Shown here in pieces: positions 47,524-58,205 of a stretch of DNA of 64,000 nt. Location of the stretch: the NCBI GenBank assembly GCA_000165345.1, contig CM000434.1, forward strand, positions 576,001-640,000. The letters are read 5' to 3'. The first letter of the stretch is position 1, and every line of letters starts with the position of its first letter. The notes under the pieces were generated by a model. It was given only the letters and a program-made list of their open reading frames with translations, was not told where the DNA came from and searched no databases. The position numbers were made by a program, and so were the translations under genes.

Positions 47524-50280
47524 TTAGGAAATTGCAAAAAATAGATCAATAGGCTCGCCCATGTTGGCACAATGTTTGGATAATTCTGTATGATCGCTGA
47601 GTAATTGATCAGAAAATGAGGAAGCAATGTCAGGAAGTTCCACAAAGTCTTGATATTGAGCTGATGTAATAATTGAAAAAACACTAGATGAATCATGCAT
47701 ATTATTTCCAAGTCTAGGGGTTTCTGTTAAGTTTTGTGACTCTATTAGACTCTCTCCATTATCATCTACTAAACCGTCTCTAGAGATATTTGAGTCGTTG
47801 TGACTATCACAGCCATGAATAAGTTTTTCTTCTGAACAGCTTCTAATTCCAGCCTCTCTTGAAATATGTTCTTCATCATCTATTTGCCCCTCTTCCACAA
47901 TTCTTAATGGTGAATTGCAATGGAAAGACATGGATAAATGTTGTAAAGGAGATATCGAATTTAGTACAACATCCAAATTCTTGTGAAAAGGATCCAAATG
48001 ATCAGTATCTCTTTCTGAAATTGTGTTGTTACCTTCAAGAGCCTTAAGTAGAGCTTGTAGTTCGCTTGAATACATTAGAAGATGCTGTTGGATTGCCAAA
48101 TATAAAGCTTTATGGTATAATATTGTCCTTTTAGAATTAATTACTTCTGAAGTTTGTTTTTTGTTTAAAATGTCCGAATTCGTTTCTTTACAGTTATACA
48201 ATCGATCTGAAGACTCCTCTAAACGAGAATTTTCTACATTTTTTTGTATATTCAGATATTCTTGTACTACAGATGATTTGACAATCAGTTTAGTGACTCC
48301 TGGAATATTTCCATCCAACCAGCTTACATATAACCTGTTTAGACTTTCTATAGGAATTGATCTGACTAGATCCCAAATAAAGTTTGAGGAATATCCTTGA
48401 CTTGATGCTTGCTCAAATTCCATACCAAGCTCAAGTTCCAATTCTTCAATCGATTCATCTTGAGATCTTTCGCTGAACTTTTCATTTGTAATTATGGAGC
48501 TGTTATTCTCGCCTTCTTCTGATAAAAACATTCTTTTTCGTGGGAATTCATGCTCCTCCTCCTCAAAGAAGATCTGCTTTGGTTTTGATTTTGGCCTTCC
48601 TCTTCCCCTACTCTTCTTAGTACTTTTACAAAAAATTGAACCTTGATTTAGTGCTTGCATTTCTGCTGCTGAGTCATTGCATTCGCTGGAGCTTGAACTA
48701 CGAACACAATCTACATTATTTATTCCTGAATTATCAATACAACCATCATCTTCGATGAAATCTCGCTTTTGAAGATTCAAATCTTCCAACACTTGATTTG
48801 AGTTTATTTGTAAGTTTTCTTCATTCATATTTCTCTCAGTATTATTTGTAAGCAGTGAAACCTCTGGAACCGGGTTTTTTTTTAAAGCTCTTTCCTCAAA
48901 GCCATGTATTTTTGGAGTTATATATTCAAATTGTCCATTGGACTTTTTCCCTCTATATCTCCACTTTTTAATATGGCTTTCTATATCCAATGTTGATACC
49001 CACAACAAACTCCCTAAAGGATATCCTGCATCCAAGTATTCTTCTGGGCACATCTCCATACACCAAACCTTTAAGAGCCTTTTTATTGATTTTAATTTGT
49101 TCATTGATTTTAGCTGGTAATAAAAGTCCATCAGCCTTTGAGGATTGCTACTTCTTGCTCTTGGATCCAAGTGGTATGGTGGATCTACTACAAACATAAA
49201 TAATAATACCTTCATAAACACGGGGCCCATGATATTCTTTTGTCTGTGGTGATTCAAAACATCAACTTTATGACAACCATTCAGTTGAAGCTTCTTATCA
49301 AAGAAATAGTATTTCCCTCCTCCTCCACTCTTTAATGCTCGTTTTTCAGTACAAAATGCTAAAAACCCAGAATTTTGCTTTGAAACACAATTTACAAAGT
49401 AGTTCTCAAACTCTTCTATATTCTTCTCTTTCCCTAAATCGTCGATACTTTGTACTATTGGAATTGGGCACCTATTTGGAGCATCCCTCACTATTTTGAA
49501 GATCTCTATCACGCTAGGAACAAGCTTTAAGTAACATGTTCGACTTTTTGTAAACTCAAGCATTAGATTTGTCTTTAGAATATCTAGATACTCATTGTCC
49601 ATATATCTAGAGATATCTTTCGGCTCAGATGTTCCCTCTGAACGCATCTCTTTAAAGACAGTATCTGTAACATTGTATATTGAAACAGAAGATGTACTAC
49701 TTGAGTAGTTTGAAATCTGTCTATTCAAATTGATTTTTTCACTTGGAAAATTCGAGCAGCATTGTGTCTGAATGTTTGATATTTCTTGATTCCTTTCGTT
49801 TGCCTTATTTTCACTATCCAATAGAAACTTTGAACTAATTATTTGACCTTGCATTTCTTGACAACCGATCTTTTCTTCACTTTGAAACATATCATCAGCA
49901 TTATTATTATAGAAATTATAGCTAAAGATCCCATTTCTATCATTACTATGCGAAAGATCATCATCATGAATTATATTCTCTGACCATCCTAGCATTCCAA
50001 TACTATTGTTTATCAAGCAAGGAATATTCTCAGAAATTACCTTTTCTTCTTCTGAATTTCCTTCAGTACAAATAAGGTTTCTTCCCTCTTTTACCTTGTT
50101 ATATATAGAATTGGGTATCATCCTCTTATTACTATTTAATAAGGGAGAGCTTACCTCATGTAAAGACGCCGGAGAAAGTGTTGAGGGTGTCATTGGAGCC
50201 TTGTTCTGTCCATCATCATGCCAAAACAAGAATGGTGTTTTTCTAATATATTCTTCACTGTTGTTAATCATATCCGGCAA
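47524..50280 (-). CDS. MT-A70-like (METTL3/METTL14 family) putative N6-adenosine methyltransferase with an AT-hook
   Basis: 918-aa ORF. Catalytic-motif region: VLLFMFVVDPPYHL (a DPPY motif, analogous to DPPW), followed about 50 aa later by GSLLWVSTLDIESHIKKWRYRGKKSNGQFEYITPKIHG. This aligns with the METTL3 block [36 protein letters not shown]. An AT-hook KKSRGRGRPKSKPK lies further C-terminal. The N-terminal 450 aa are low complexity. The family assignment rests on motif spacing only. Confidence 0.4.
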   Translation of the reverse strand: MPDMINNSEEYIRKTPFLFWHDDGQNKAPMTPSTLSPASLHEVSSPLLNSNKRMIPNSIYNKVKEGRNLICTEGNSEEEKVISENIPCLINNSIGMLGWSENIIHDDDLSHSNDRNGIFSYNFYNNNADDMFQSEEKIGCQEMQGQIISSKFLLDSENKANERNQEISNIQTQCCSNFPSEKINLNRQISNYSSSTSSVSIYNVTDTVFKEMRSEGTSEPKDISRYMDNEYLDILKTNLMLEFTKSRTCYLKLVPSVIEIFKIVRDAPNRCPIPIVQSIDDLGKEKNIEEFENYFVNCVSKQNSGFLAFCTEKRALKSGGGGKYYFFDKKLQLNGCHKVDVLNHHRQKNIMGPVFMKVLLFMFVVDPPYHLDPRARSSNPQRLMDFYYQLKSMNKLKSIKRLLKVWCMEMCPEEYLDAGYPLGSLLWVSTLDIESHIKKWRYRGKKSNGQFEYITPKIHGFEERALKKNPVPEVSLLTNNTERNMNEENLQINSNQVLEDLNLQKRDFIEDDGCIDNSGINNVDCVRSSSSSECNDSAAEMQALNQGSIFCKSTKKSRGRGRPKSKPKQIFFEEEEHEFPRKRMFLSEEGENNSSIITNEKFSERSQDESIEELELELGMEFEQASSQGYSSNFIWDLVRSIPIESLNRLYVSWLDGNIPGVTKLIVKSSVVQEYLNIQKNVENSRLEESSDRLYNCKETNSDILNKKQTSEVINSKRTILYHKALYLAIQQHLLMYSSELQALLKALEGNNTISERDTDHLDPFHKNLDVVLNSISPLQHLSMSFHCNSPLRIVEEGQIDDEEHISREAGIRSCSEEKLIHGCDSHNDSNISRDGLVDDNGESLIESQNLTETPRLGNNMHDSSSVFSIITSAQYQDFVELPDIASSFSDQLLSDHTELSKHCANMGEPIDLFFAIS

Positions 50281-50344
50281 TTATTGCTCAATTGCCTATT
50301 TATTGGAAATAAACAAGTACTTGGATGCCTGTGTAATATATAAT

Positions 50345-50392
50345 ATATCTATAATTAATATATCTATGAATATATATATTAATTATAGATAT
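50345..50392. repeat. Perfect 19-bp AT-rich inverted repeat (atatctataattaatatat / atatattaattatagatat) with a 10-nt spacer
   Basis: Left arm 50345-50363 is the exact reverse complement of right arm 50374-50392. It sits 65-112 bp upstream of the ATG of the MT-A70-like gene on the minus strand. A second imperfect inverted repeat agataactt/aagttatct lies at about 50422-50452. Confidence 0.7.
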
Positions 50393-51931
50393 CAGCTTTA
50401 ATTAGTCAGCTTTATCACCCTTTAGAGATAACTTCTCATCTAAAGTTATCTAGTTTTATGGTTGATTAGTTTGACCTTTAATTATTAATTCAGCTATATT
50501 GTAGAACGCTCCAATTGATTTCATTCCACACATCAAACTATTACAGCGCTTCAGTAAGGCTCATATGACTGTGTTTAACATAAGTAACGCACTATTTAGT
50601 GCCTAATTACCCCCACAACACGACATAGTTTTATTATTAATGCAAATCAATAGGTAAGCATAGAGAATTCAGATTAGACTTATGTTTACTGTCCAACCAA
50701 TATCCAGAGTTTGCACCAATATTTCCCGGTATATTTTCCAGGTTCAACTATTGGAATATTTTAGAACAGTAGTACTACTATTTAACATTACAATGTTTTG
50801 CTATATATTGGAGGTCTACTAGTTTTTAAACAAAAGTGTTTGCCCCATTTAATTCCACTATATACTCCAAAATACTATTTAGTTTTCTGGAGCTCCATGA
50901 TATTATCGATGAGATAATAAATGGGAGATATATCTGGGAACTGAATAGAATATAATTTATAGTCTAATATTAAAAAATTCCAAATTACACCATTCATTTT
51001 TCCAATTACTCCAGATAAATTCTCCAAAATTATTATTAATGTTCCTAAACACGTCTGAAGTGACATAATTAAAGGTTAAAACGTGCATTCTGGAGTACAG
51101 TGGACACAGACTAGACATATTTTAAGACAAAAATGCATCCCAGCACAAAGCTTGCAATAAGCGCCTGCATTTTAAAGTTCAAGTTTGTTGTAATCCCTCG
51201 AAGAAATAATACTCCAGAACTATAATTTATTGGGAGAATTGCGTTTGCAGTACTTATTCTTACTCTGTATCTTATTACTTTCTTATACAAAGTGTCTCAA
51301 ATTATAGGCCTTAAAATATAAGCGGTCTGAATCTGACACAGAATGAACTGGGTTGCATTTTGAAATAAAAAAAAAATTCTATGATTAAAAAATAGTATAG
51401 TAATTTATGTGTTGTTAGGTAAAATGTTTCTAGTGAGAATTGAATGAATTCACGGAGAAATATGGTATTTTGGGCATTTCGAGAGTTAATCTCCGAGCTC
51501 GTCTTATTGTATGAATAAGGAGAACAAAGGCAATGAGAGAAAGTCAGCATAATGGGAACCTGTCATAGTATTTTTTCTAGAAAACAAGTAAAAATTTGAC
51601 GATATATGGACAAGTTATCGTGAAATTCAAGGTATACCTAACAAAAACAAAAAGTTTAAAGATCTACAAGGTGCAACCACCTTTTTTCACAAAAGAAAAA
51701 CCCTAAAATACGCTTCCTGCGGAACTAATAGTATCTATGTATGTGTGACTAAATTCGCTTTTTTATTATCGTTACTCAAACTCAAATCGTAGAAAGTTCG
51801 GATTTAACATAGGAAATTTGCTACTCTCTTTCTTCTCTTAGAATATGTCTACGTCTCTAGTATTTATCTAGGCTGGCATGGCGGGGTCCCGGGAAATAAA
51901 GATAAATTGTAAATGATAAAAAAAGGAAAAA

Positions 51932-52909
51932 TTAGAGTTCGTCAGAAGCAGAGCTAATCTCGTTATCAGGTTTTTTATTTTCATTTTTAATTATTTTTCC
52001 AAGCTTGAGCTTGAAAATGATGACCTCGTTAGGGCCAATAAGTTCTCCTGCGCCCTGTTCGCCGTAGGCTAGGTCATAAGGAGCGAAAAGAATGACTTCT
52101 TGTCCTTCAGTCATCATAGTTAGGGCTTCTATCCAAGCAGGGATTAACTGCGAGATTTGGAGCTTTGAGGGCTCTTCCCCCCTATTATATGATGAATCAA
52201 ATTCAATACCTCCAAGAGTTTTCCCTCTATAAAACACTTCAACCTCATCTTCTGGCTTAGGTTTCTCTTGTCCAGTACCTTCTTTGACCACGATGTATTG
52301 TAGTCCTGAACTAGTAGTAATAACGCCTTTTCTATCCTTATTCTTAGCGATAAATTCGTCTGATCTCTTTTTTAACAGACTTTTTTTGGATTCCCTGTTT
52401 TCTGGATATTCTTGCTCCGTCCATAATTCCGACTTGTCCTTGCATGACTTGGTCCCCAAACAAATTCTGGAAATTTCTTGATCAAAGCTCAATTTACTTG
52501 TTGAGATTAATTCTAGCTCAGGCTCCCAGGTACTTAGATTTGATCTGCATGCGCTAATGAAATCCTCTATAGTAAACTCGAGAGAGTTATCAGCTAAAGG
52601 TTGCCAAATATGGTTGGAGCATGCAACATGACTTTCCAAGAAATTTGAAACCACTATATCTGTAAAGCCCTTAGGAGGTTGCGAGCTTTTATAAATGCTT
52701 AGCTTCTTGGAAATATATTCCTTTAAGGCGAAGGTGATTAGCTGGCAAGACTCGCACATTAAAGTTCTTTGAACCTGCGGGACGGTGCCAGGGATAAAGT
52801 CAGTCAGTCGCTTTACTTCGAACTCATCGCCAGTCCACTCGAGTCTAGAACATAGTGAGATCGTGCTAACAAAGGAGAGGAACAAAATAACTTTTAGAAA
52901 CAATTTCAT
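51932..52909 (-). CDS. Secreted FKBP-type peptidyl-prolyl cis-trans isomerase (Mip/FkpA-like, N-terminal signal peptide)
   Basis: 325-aa ORF. Signal peptide: MKLFLKVILFLSFVSTISLCS. C-terminal FKBP domain: GVITTSSGLQYIVVKEGTGQEKPKPEDEVEVFYRGKTLGGIEFDSSYNRGEEPSKLQISQLIPAWIEALTMMTEGQEVILFAPYDLAYGEQGAGELIGPNEVIIFKLKL. Confidence 0.8.
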   Translation of the reverse strand: MKLFLKVILFLSFVSTISLCSRLEWTGDEFEVKRLTDFIPGTVPQVQRTLMCESCQLITFALKEYISKKLSIYKSSQPPKGFTDIVVSNFLESHVACSNHIWQPLADNSLEFTIEDFISACRSNLSTWEPELELISTSKLSFDQEISRICLGTKSCKDKSELWTEQEYPENRESKKSLLKKRSDEFIAKNKDRKGVITTSSGLQYIVVKEGTGQEKPKPEDEVEVFYRGKTLGGIEFDSSYNRGEEPSKLQISQLIPAWIEALTMMTEGQEVILFAPYDLAYGEQGAGELIGPNEVIIFKLKLGKIIKNENKKPDNEISSASDEL

Positions 52910-53649
52910 TTTTTTTTCAAATTACCAAACTAATTAATTATCTAGTGTGGCGGGCTACTCATAGCTTCTTTTTCCCCCCCCTAAAAAAATGGGGAAACCT
53001 TTTCGCGAGAAAAGTCCTAAATTAAGGAAAAGTAAGTTAAAATATAGAACAATTAGACTCAATTAATGGAGATTAATGTTTTAATTAATTTGTTTCAAGT
53101 AATCCGTATATATATACATATATATATTTTTAAATTATAAACACAATTTTTTATTATTAGTGTAACCAGAGAATTTTTTTTTTGCATGCGCTGAAAAGCA
53201 AATAAAAAGTAGCACTGCCAACACTTCACACAAATCCAAAATTAAATATTGGAAAATAAAATTAAGAAAAAAATTCAATTTGTTTAATTTTTTATATTGT
53301 TTGTCAATAAATTTGCAAATTTGTGTAATTGCATGCGCCAATGATAATACTGTAAATTCAAAGTTTAGCTAACTATTTTATTTACATAAGAATAAAGCAT
53401 TTAAGGAGATTGTGTGATAGAGGCAGTAAATAAAGTTAAAGGCCCAGTTAGATTTCCAAGGGAACAAAATAAGTTTTATAATACATTTTTTTAAAAATAC
53501 ATTCTACAAGTTGAGTATTTATGCTCGCTTTGAAATACATGCTCGCTTGAAAGAGGACACGCCCACCAAACTCTGAGCGCAGAATTTAATTTTTTGGGAA
53601 ATTCTCATATAATGCTAAGTTGGTAAATTTGAGGGGAAAATAGCAAATT

Positions 53650-56223
53650 ATGAAAACAGCTTCAGCTTCTTCTTCAGGAAGAAGGGTGGAGTACGAAGCA
53701 AAGGAAGTTAACGCGTCAGGTAATTCAAAGAAAGGTGAGCAAGTGGGATATAATAATGGAATTCAAGAGACAAAGTTCTCTAATAAGAAATCTAGTAATA
53801 ATTTGCCAAATAGGAAATTAAAGCTCGACCATTGCGTTTTAAACGGGCCAGAAAATCATTCGTCGATTGAAATTTGTAAAGATATCCATGAATCGAATTC
53901 AAATTGTAGCATTAATTCAGAATCTGCTCCAAAGAGTAACCCAAAGAGGGTGTTTGAAATGATTGACCGAACATTAAATACTCTATTAGAAAAAATAGTT
54001 CCAAGCGCAAAGAAGAAAAAGGAGAAGATGATAATTTTACAATGTGTAGAGCTTTTGGTGAGAGAAACATTTGGCGATTCAGCAAAGCTGTTCCTCACAG
54101 GATCAGCAGCAGCAGAAGTTGACTCAGAAATGAGTGATGTTGATTTAGTCGTATTCACTCCATTAGATTCAAGGCTTGCTTTAACGAAAATAGCAAGTCA
54201 ATTCAAAAGTATTAAGAAGAAGCATAAGGAGGATTGTTTGAGGTGTAGAAAGCACAGTGGACACCAGAAATTCAAAGCTGATACTGACCTCAGCTCAGAA
54301 TGTATAGAAGGACATTTATGCGAAATGGAAGTTAATGTGATTGCAACAGCAAAAGTTCCAGTAATGATGATAAAAAGTAGATATTCAAAGTTTAAGACAG
54401 AATGCGACGTATCTGTAAATATGTATACTTCTTTAATGCATTCCATACTATTTCAGTGTGTGCTTTATTCGTATCCAGAGCTCCAGCCAGTTTTAAGGTT
54501 GTTAAAGTATTGGCTACATATTAGGAGACTCCCAGTTGCTAAAGATGGCGGCCTTCCATGTATAGTTTGGCTTCTTCTTGCAATTGTTCACTGCAGTGTT
54601 AACGGAAATAAGTCTTCAAGGTCCCAAAGAGAGCATCTGGAAAGTATATGTATTCCAGCTAAACATATACTTTTGAGCTTACAAGTTCACTCTTCTGGAA
54701 CTAGTTTTCAAAGTACAGAATTTGGATCTCCTTTAAACTCATTCCAGAATGGATCAATCAGTACTTGTGAGTACCATGATTGTGACTCTAGAACATTTGA
54801 TACTGAACTGGGCAATCCTTCGAGCATTCCAAATTTCAAAATGGATATTCTAACTCACAATCGACAAATTGAAAGAAACAGGTATTTAAGTCATTCTAAT
54901 TCGAACAATATTAACTCAAAAGTTCCAGATACTATTGATTTTGGTGAAACTGGAACTACATTTATGGCTCTTGTTTCATTCTTCACCTCACTTTGGAACC
55001 GAAGCTCTCTCACCTGCAGTGTTTCAGTTATTAATAAGAATGTTCAACCTAAAGATGTTAAAACTGTTTCACAAATTATATTCAACAATGGTGGAATATG
55101 GGATGAAATATTAACTCTTGACGATCCCTCTGCTTCGTTAGTAAGACAACTTGAGCTATTAAAGTGCGAGCTAGATGATTTTGGCTTCAAGAACAACTTG
55201 CTTGCGCAAATATTCGATCCAGAAGATCCTAATAAACTCGAAAAAGAACATTTCTATTTTGAATCAAAGGAGGCTGAGAAAAGACACGAGTTGGAAATTA
55301 GTCTAGCCAGCATCCTACCACCAAGTGATTGCTTGATGGTTTCTAACCTTGCTGCAAGAATTACTTGTGGTACCTGGTTAGTCTATTTGTACGAGCTTAA
55401 AAGATGCCACAATATTTTGGAAACTTACTTACAACAAATCGCAATTTCTACGAATGAAGTCAGCGAACAAGAGTTAGTTAATGAACTTTTTCATCCAGTA
55501 AACGATGAGATATACCGAATTCCAGCAAAATTGTCAACAAAAACTCCCGTATGCATGTATCCGTGTATGGATTTAGACCTCATTATTGAAAACAATATCA
55601 TCGCTTTGGTCCAAGTTCCATATTTTGAGCAAAACCACAAATTCTGTTTGGTACTCATATATGGCCACTTAGTTATTATGAGAATTGAAAATATCTGTGT
55701 AGATTGGGAGGGAGGATGGTGGAGCAAAGAGTTCCTCAGTAGAAGAGATGTAAGGTCAGTGCTTCATGGGTCTCTCTTCTCTCCTATCCCCCTTTCATTC
55801 AGTCATCTAGGAAATGGGGGGTCAGCCTGCTGCATCCTGCAGCCATTAGATTCTAGAACTATTAATTGTTTACCAAAAAATGACCAAAGTGACTTCAATT
55901 CAAAGGACATAGTAATTGACGAAATTATGGTTAACCCTGCCGTATTCATCACTCTTCTAAATGATGTTGAATGGTATTCAGTTGATGATATGAATGGGTT
56001 CTACATTATGCCCGTTAAAGAATATTACAGATTCCTCGATATGGAGTCCATTGCAAAGGAATCCCCATATTGGCATGAGAATTACTTTGGAAAAAATAAT
56101 TATTTGCAGCCACATGTTCCAAGTTGTAGATATTGTAAAAAAACTTCAAATTCTACTGGTATGGAAAAGATCCTCCAGTACAAAAACCAATTTTGGGCAA
56201 TTAAGAGAAAGAGTATCTCGTAA
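53650..56223 (+). CDS. Non-canonical poly(A)/poly(U) polymerase (Cid1/Trf4/GLD2-type terminal nucleotidyltransferase) with PAP-associated domain
   Basis: 857-aa ORF. Pol-beta-type NTase motif: LFLTGSAAAEVDSEMSDVDLVVFTP (GS ... DxD). PAP/25A-associated-like segment: LRLLKYWLHIRRLPVAKDGGLPCIVWLLLAIVHC. Long N- and C-terminal extensions. Confidence 0.7.
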   Translation: MKTASASSSGRRVEYEAKEVNASGNSKKGEQVGYNNGIQETKFSNKKSSNNLPNRKLKLDHCVLNGPENHSSIEICKDIHESNSNCSINSESAPKSNPKRVFEMIDRTLNTLLEKIVPSAKKKKEKMIILQCVELLVRETFGDSAKLFLTGSAAAEVDSEMSDVDLVVFTPLDSRLALTKIASQFKSIKKKHKEDCLRCRKHSGHQKFKADTDLSSECIEGHLCEMEVNVIATAKVPVMMIKSRYSKFKTECDVSVNMYTSLMHSILFQCVLYSYPELQPVLRLLKYWLHIRRLPVAKDGGLPCIVWLLLAIVHCSVNGNKSSRSQREHLESICIPAKHILLSLQVHSSGTSFQSTEFGSPLNSFQNGSISTCEYHDCDSRTFDTELGNPSSIPNFKMDILTHNRQIERNRYLSHSNSNNINSKVPDTIDFGETGTTFMALVSFFTSLWNRSSLTCSVSVINKNVQPKDVKTVSQIIFNNGGIWDEILTLDDPSASLVRQLELLKCELDDFGFKNNLLAQIFDPEDPNKLEKEHFYFESKEAEKRHELEISLASILPPSDCLMVSNLAARITCGTWLVYLYELKRCHNILETYLQQIAISTNEVSEQELVNELFHPVNDEIYRIPAKLSTKTPVCMYPCMDLDLIIENNIIALVQVPYFEQNHKFCLVLIYGHLVIMRIENICVDWEGGWWSKEFLSRRDVRSVLHGSLFSPIPLSFSHLGNGGSACCILQPLDSRTINCLPKNDQSDFNSKDIVIDEIMVNPAVFITLLNDVEWYSVDDMNGFYIMPVKEYYRFLDMESIAKESPYWHENYFGKNNYLQPHVPSCRYCKKTSNSTGMEKILQYKNQFWAIKRKSIS

Positions 56224-56654
56224 TGATACATAACCTGATAAAATGTTTGTAAATTCAATTTTTGTTTTTATATTTAAAGTAAAACATGTTTCCAATGGGA
56301 GCAGGGAGTGATGCATAGCTTAAGATAAATAAAAGCCATATTTCATTTAAAACAGTCCATTCAGGCTATGATAAATTAAGTTCTCCGAAATTCCAAAATG
56401 ATAATTTCCGATAAAACAACAAACTATTCAATTAAGAACAATTTACTCCTAAAGCGAGATCACTCAAATGAAGAAATTCAAGATTATATCATATAGTCTA
56501 ATAGAATGTAAAATATAGTTTAGAGTTGCTCCTAATTTAAACTTTACGTTAATAAACAACTTTTGAACCTTAAACCATGTTTCAATAGGATGCTTGCAAT
56601 TCATTGAGCATCTTTTATAATAGAAAATGAGCAAAGTACGGCAGACTTAATTAT

Positions 56655-58205
56655 TTACCTATATGTTCTTGGTAGTGGGGTCTTTAGATCGTCATCTGTT
56701 AAATGGTGGTTACTGTCAATTTCCTTAAATTCTGGTTTTACTGTATGACGATAATAATCTAATTCTTTCAAATTAAAGTCCGTTTCTTCAAGGCCAGTAA
56801 ATTGACGAAGTTGTTTCCTTGCAACTGTTGCTTGGAACTTCCAGTTATTAGGAATACTAGTATTTGACTCATTAATCTTTCTAATAGAGCTCATTCCTGA
56901 AATAGTTGATTTACAGTTCAATATCGGAGAATTCTCCTCCGAATTCTTAAAATTTTCTTTAGAACCCTCTAGCGTACCGAATGATTGTCTTCCCAAGTGT
57001 GCTAAACTATTCATTGATAGGAAACCGCGCAACTTGGGAAGTTTTTGAGGTTGCATGCGTGCATGCAGTTCTGGTTTTTGGTCAGTATGCTGGCTTTGCG
57101 CTTCTCTGGGTTCAGAGTCCTGCTTTTTTAATTGCTCAAAAAATGCAAGAGAAGAATTATCATGGTTTTCCTGCGTTCGGTTATTATTCAATATATTAGA
57201 TTTTGAAATAGAGGAAGTTGTATCTGATTTAGACCAATTTGAATTACCTTCTTTCTTTTCAGAAAGAAGCATAGAGTCTAGGACGCCTCTGAGTTGGGCC
57301 TTTTTACTTTCTGAACGCATTTGTGTTGCAAATTTTGGAGTCTTAGGAACAGTAGTATTTCTCCTTGGAATACCGTATTTACTTCCAACTACTTCTTTAG
57401 TTACATTCATTTCTGTAGTGATTGTATCTAAAGATGGGTCGCTATTACTCAAATTAAATTTCTTTATAGATTCCAAGATAGTTTTAATACGCCTATCTTC
57501 ACTAAACTCCTTATTTTTTGTTGAAACTTCCTCATTAAATTTATCTTTCAAACTTCCTAATTTCTCATATAGTTCTTTGGATTTGCTTGCTGCTCTAGCA
57601 TCCGTTGCGAAGCTAAAAGGCTTGGGAACTGTTGTAGCCTTCGAAAAAGTGCTTACCCTTGATTCTGCACCAATAGATGACGTGGATCTGGCTGACATTG
57701 GAGCAGCGGGAATTCTTCCATTGTAAAGCTGATGTAAATTCAGACCTAGTTCAGCTTTGTAAATATTGGAACCCGAAGATGAAGATCTATTATGTTTTAG
57801 CCTTTGCTCTGCTCTTTCAGAAGTTGCAAATTCAAACCCCTTTGGTGTTGTGACATTTGTTCGAGAAGCCCTGCTTGAGTTGGAGAAGCTTCTAGGTTGC
57901 TTTTCTAAGCCAATCTCTTGATTCACGTCTGGTTTTGTATTATTTTTGCCCAAATGTGATAGAGTGGAGCTTCTGTTAATTCTTATTGAAGTTCTTAATG
58001 ATCTACAAGAAGGAAGCTGAACTGAAAGCCTTTTTTGTACTTCTGATTGCTGCCCATTTACTGATCTTGTACTTGTTAATCCTTTGCTGATACTTGAGTT
58101 ATTTATCTCACTCTTTGGAGTCAAGCCAGTAGATATGCAGCTTAAAGATAAAGAATCCAGCCTTAAATGGCTTGGAATCGCCAGCTTCTTCGTGCGTTCG
58201 CTCAT
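56655..58205 (-). CDS. Ser-rich protein with three TPX2-type repeats (PKxFxFATxxRA)
   Basis: 516-aa ORF. Repeats: TPKGFEFATSERAEQRLK, VPKPFSFATDARAASKSK and VPKTPKFATQMRSESKKAQ. These resemble the (K/E)PFxFx(T/S)xxR repeats of the TPX2 microtubule-nucleation factor. The rest is S/T/N-rich. Confidence 0.45.
   Translation of the reverse strand: MSERTKKLAIPSHLRLDSLSLSCISTGLTPKSEINNSSISKGLTSTRSVNGQQSEVQKRLSVQLPSCRSLRTSIRINRSSTLSHLGKNNTKPDVNQEIGLEKQPRSFSNSSRASRTNVTTPKGFEFATSERAEQRLKHNRSSSSGSNIYKAELGLNLHQLYNGRIPAAPMSARSTSSIGAESRVSTFSKATTVPKPFSFATDARAASKSKELYEKLGSLKDKFNEEVSTKNKEFSEDRRIKTILESIKKFNLSNSDPSLDTITTEMNVTKEVVGSKYGIPRRNTTVPKTPKFATQMRSESKKAQLRGVLDSMLLSEKKEGNSNWSKSDTTSSISKSNILNNNRTQENHDNSSLAFFEQLKKQDSEPREAQSQHTDQKPELHARMQPQKLPKLRGFLSMNSLAHLGRQSFGTLEGSKENFKNSEENSPILNCKSTISGMSSIRKINESNTSIPNNWKFQATVARKQLRQFTGLEETDFNLKELDYYRHTVKPEFKEIDSNHHLTDDDLKTPLPRTYR

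Noticed and set aside
50006-50401. ORF 50006..50401 (131 aa) overlapping the start of the MT-A70-like gene.
   Set aside because: It overlaps the N-terminal coding region of the minus-strand gene and then runs into the AT-only palindromic spacer. The palindrome there is better explained as a promoter element.
51685-51700. Telomere-like CCCTAAA in aaaaccctaaaatacg.
   Set aside because: It is a single copy and not tandemly repeated. The window shows ordinary gene density on both sides, so this is not a chromosome end.
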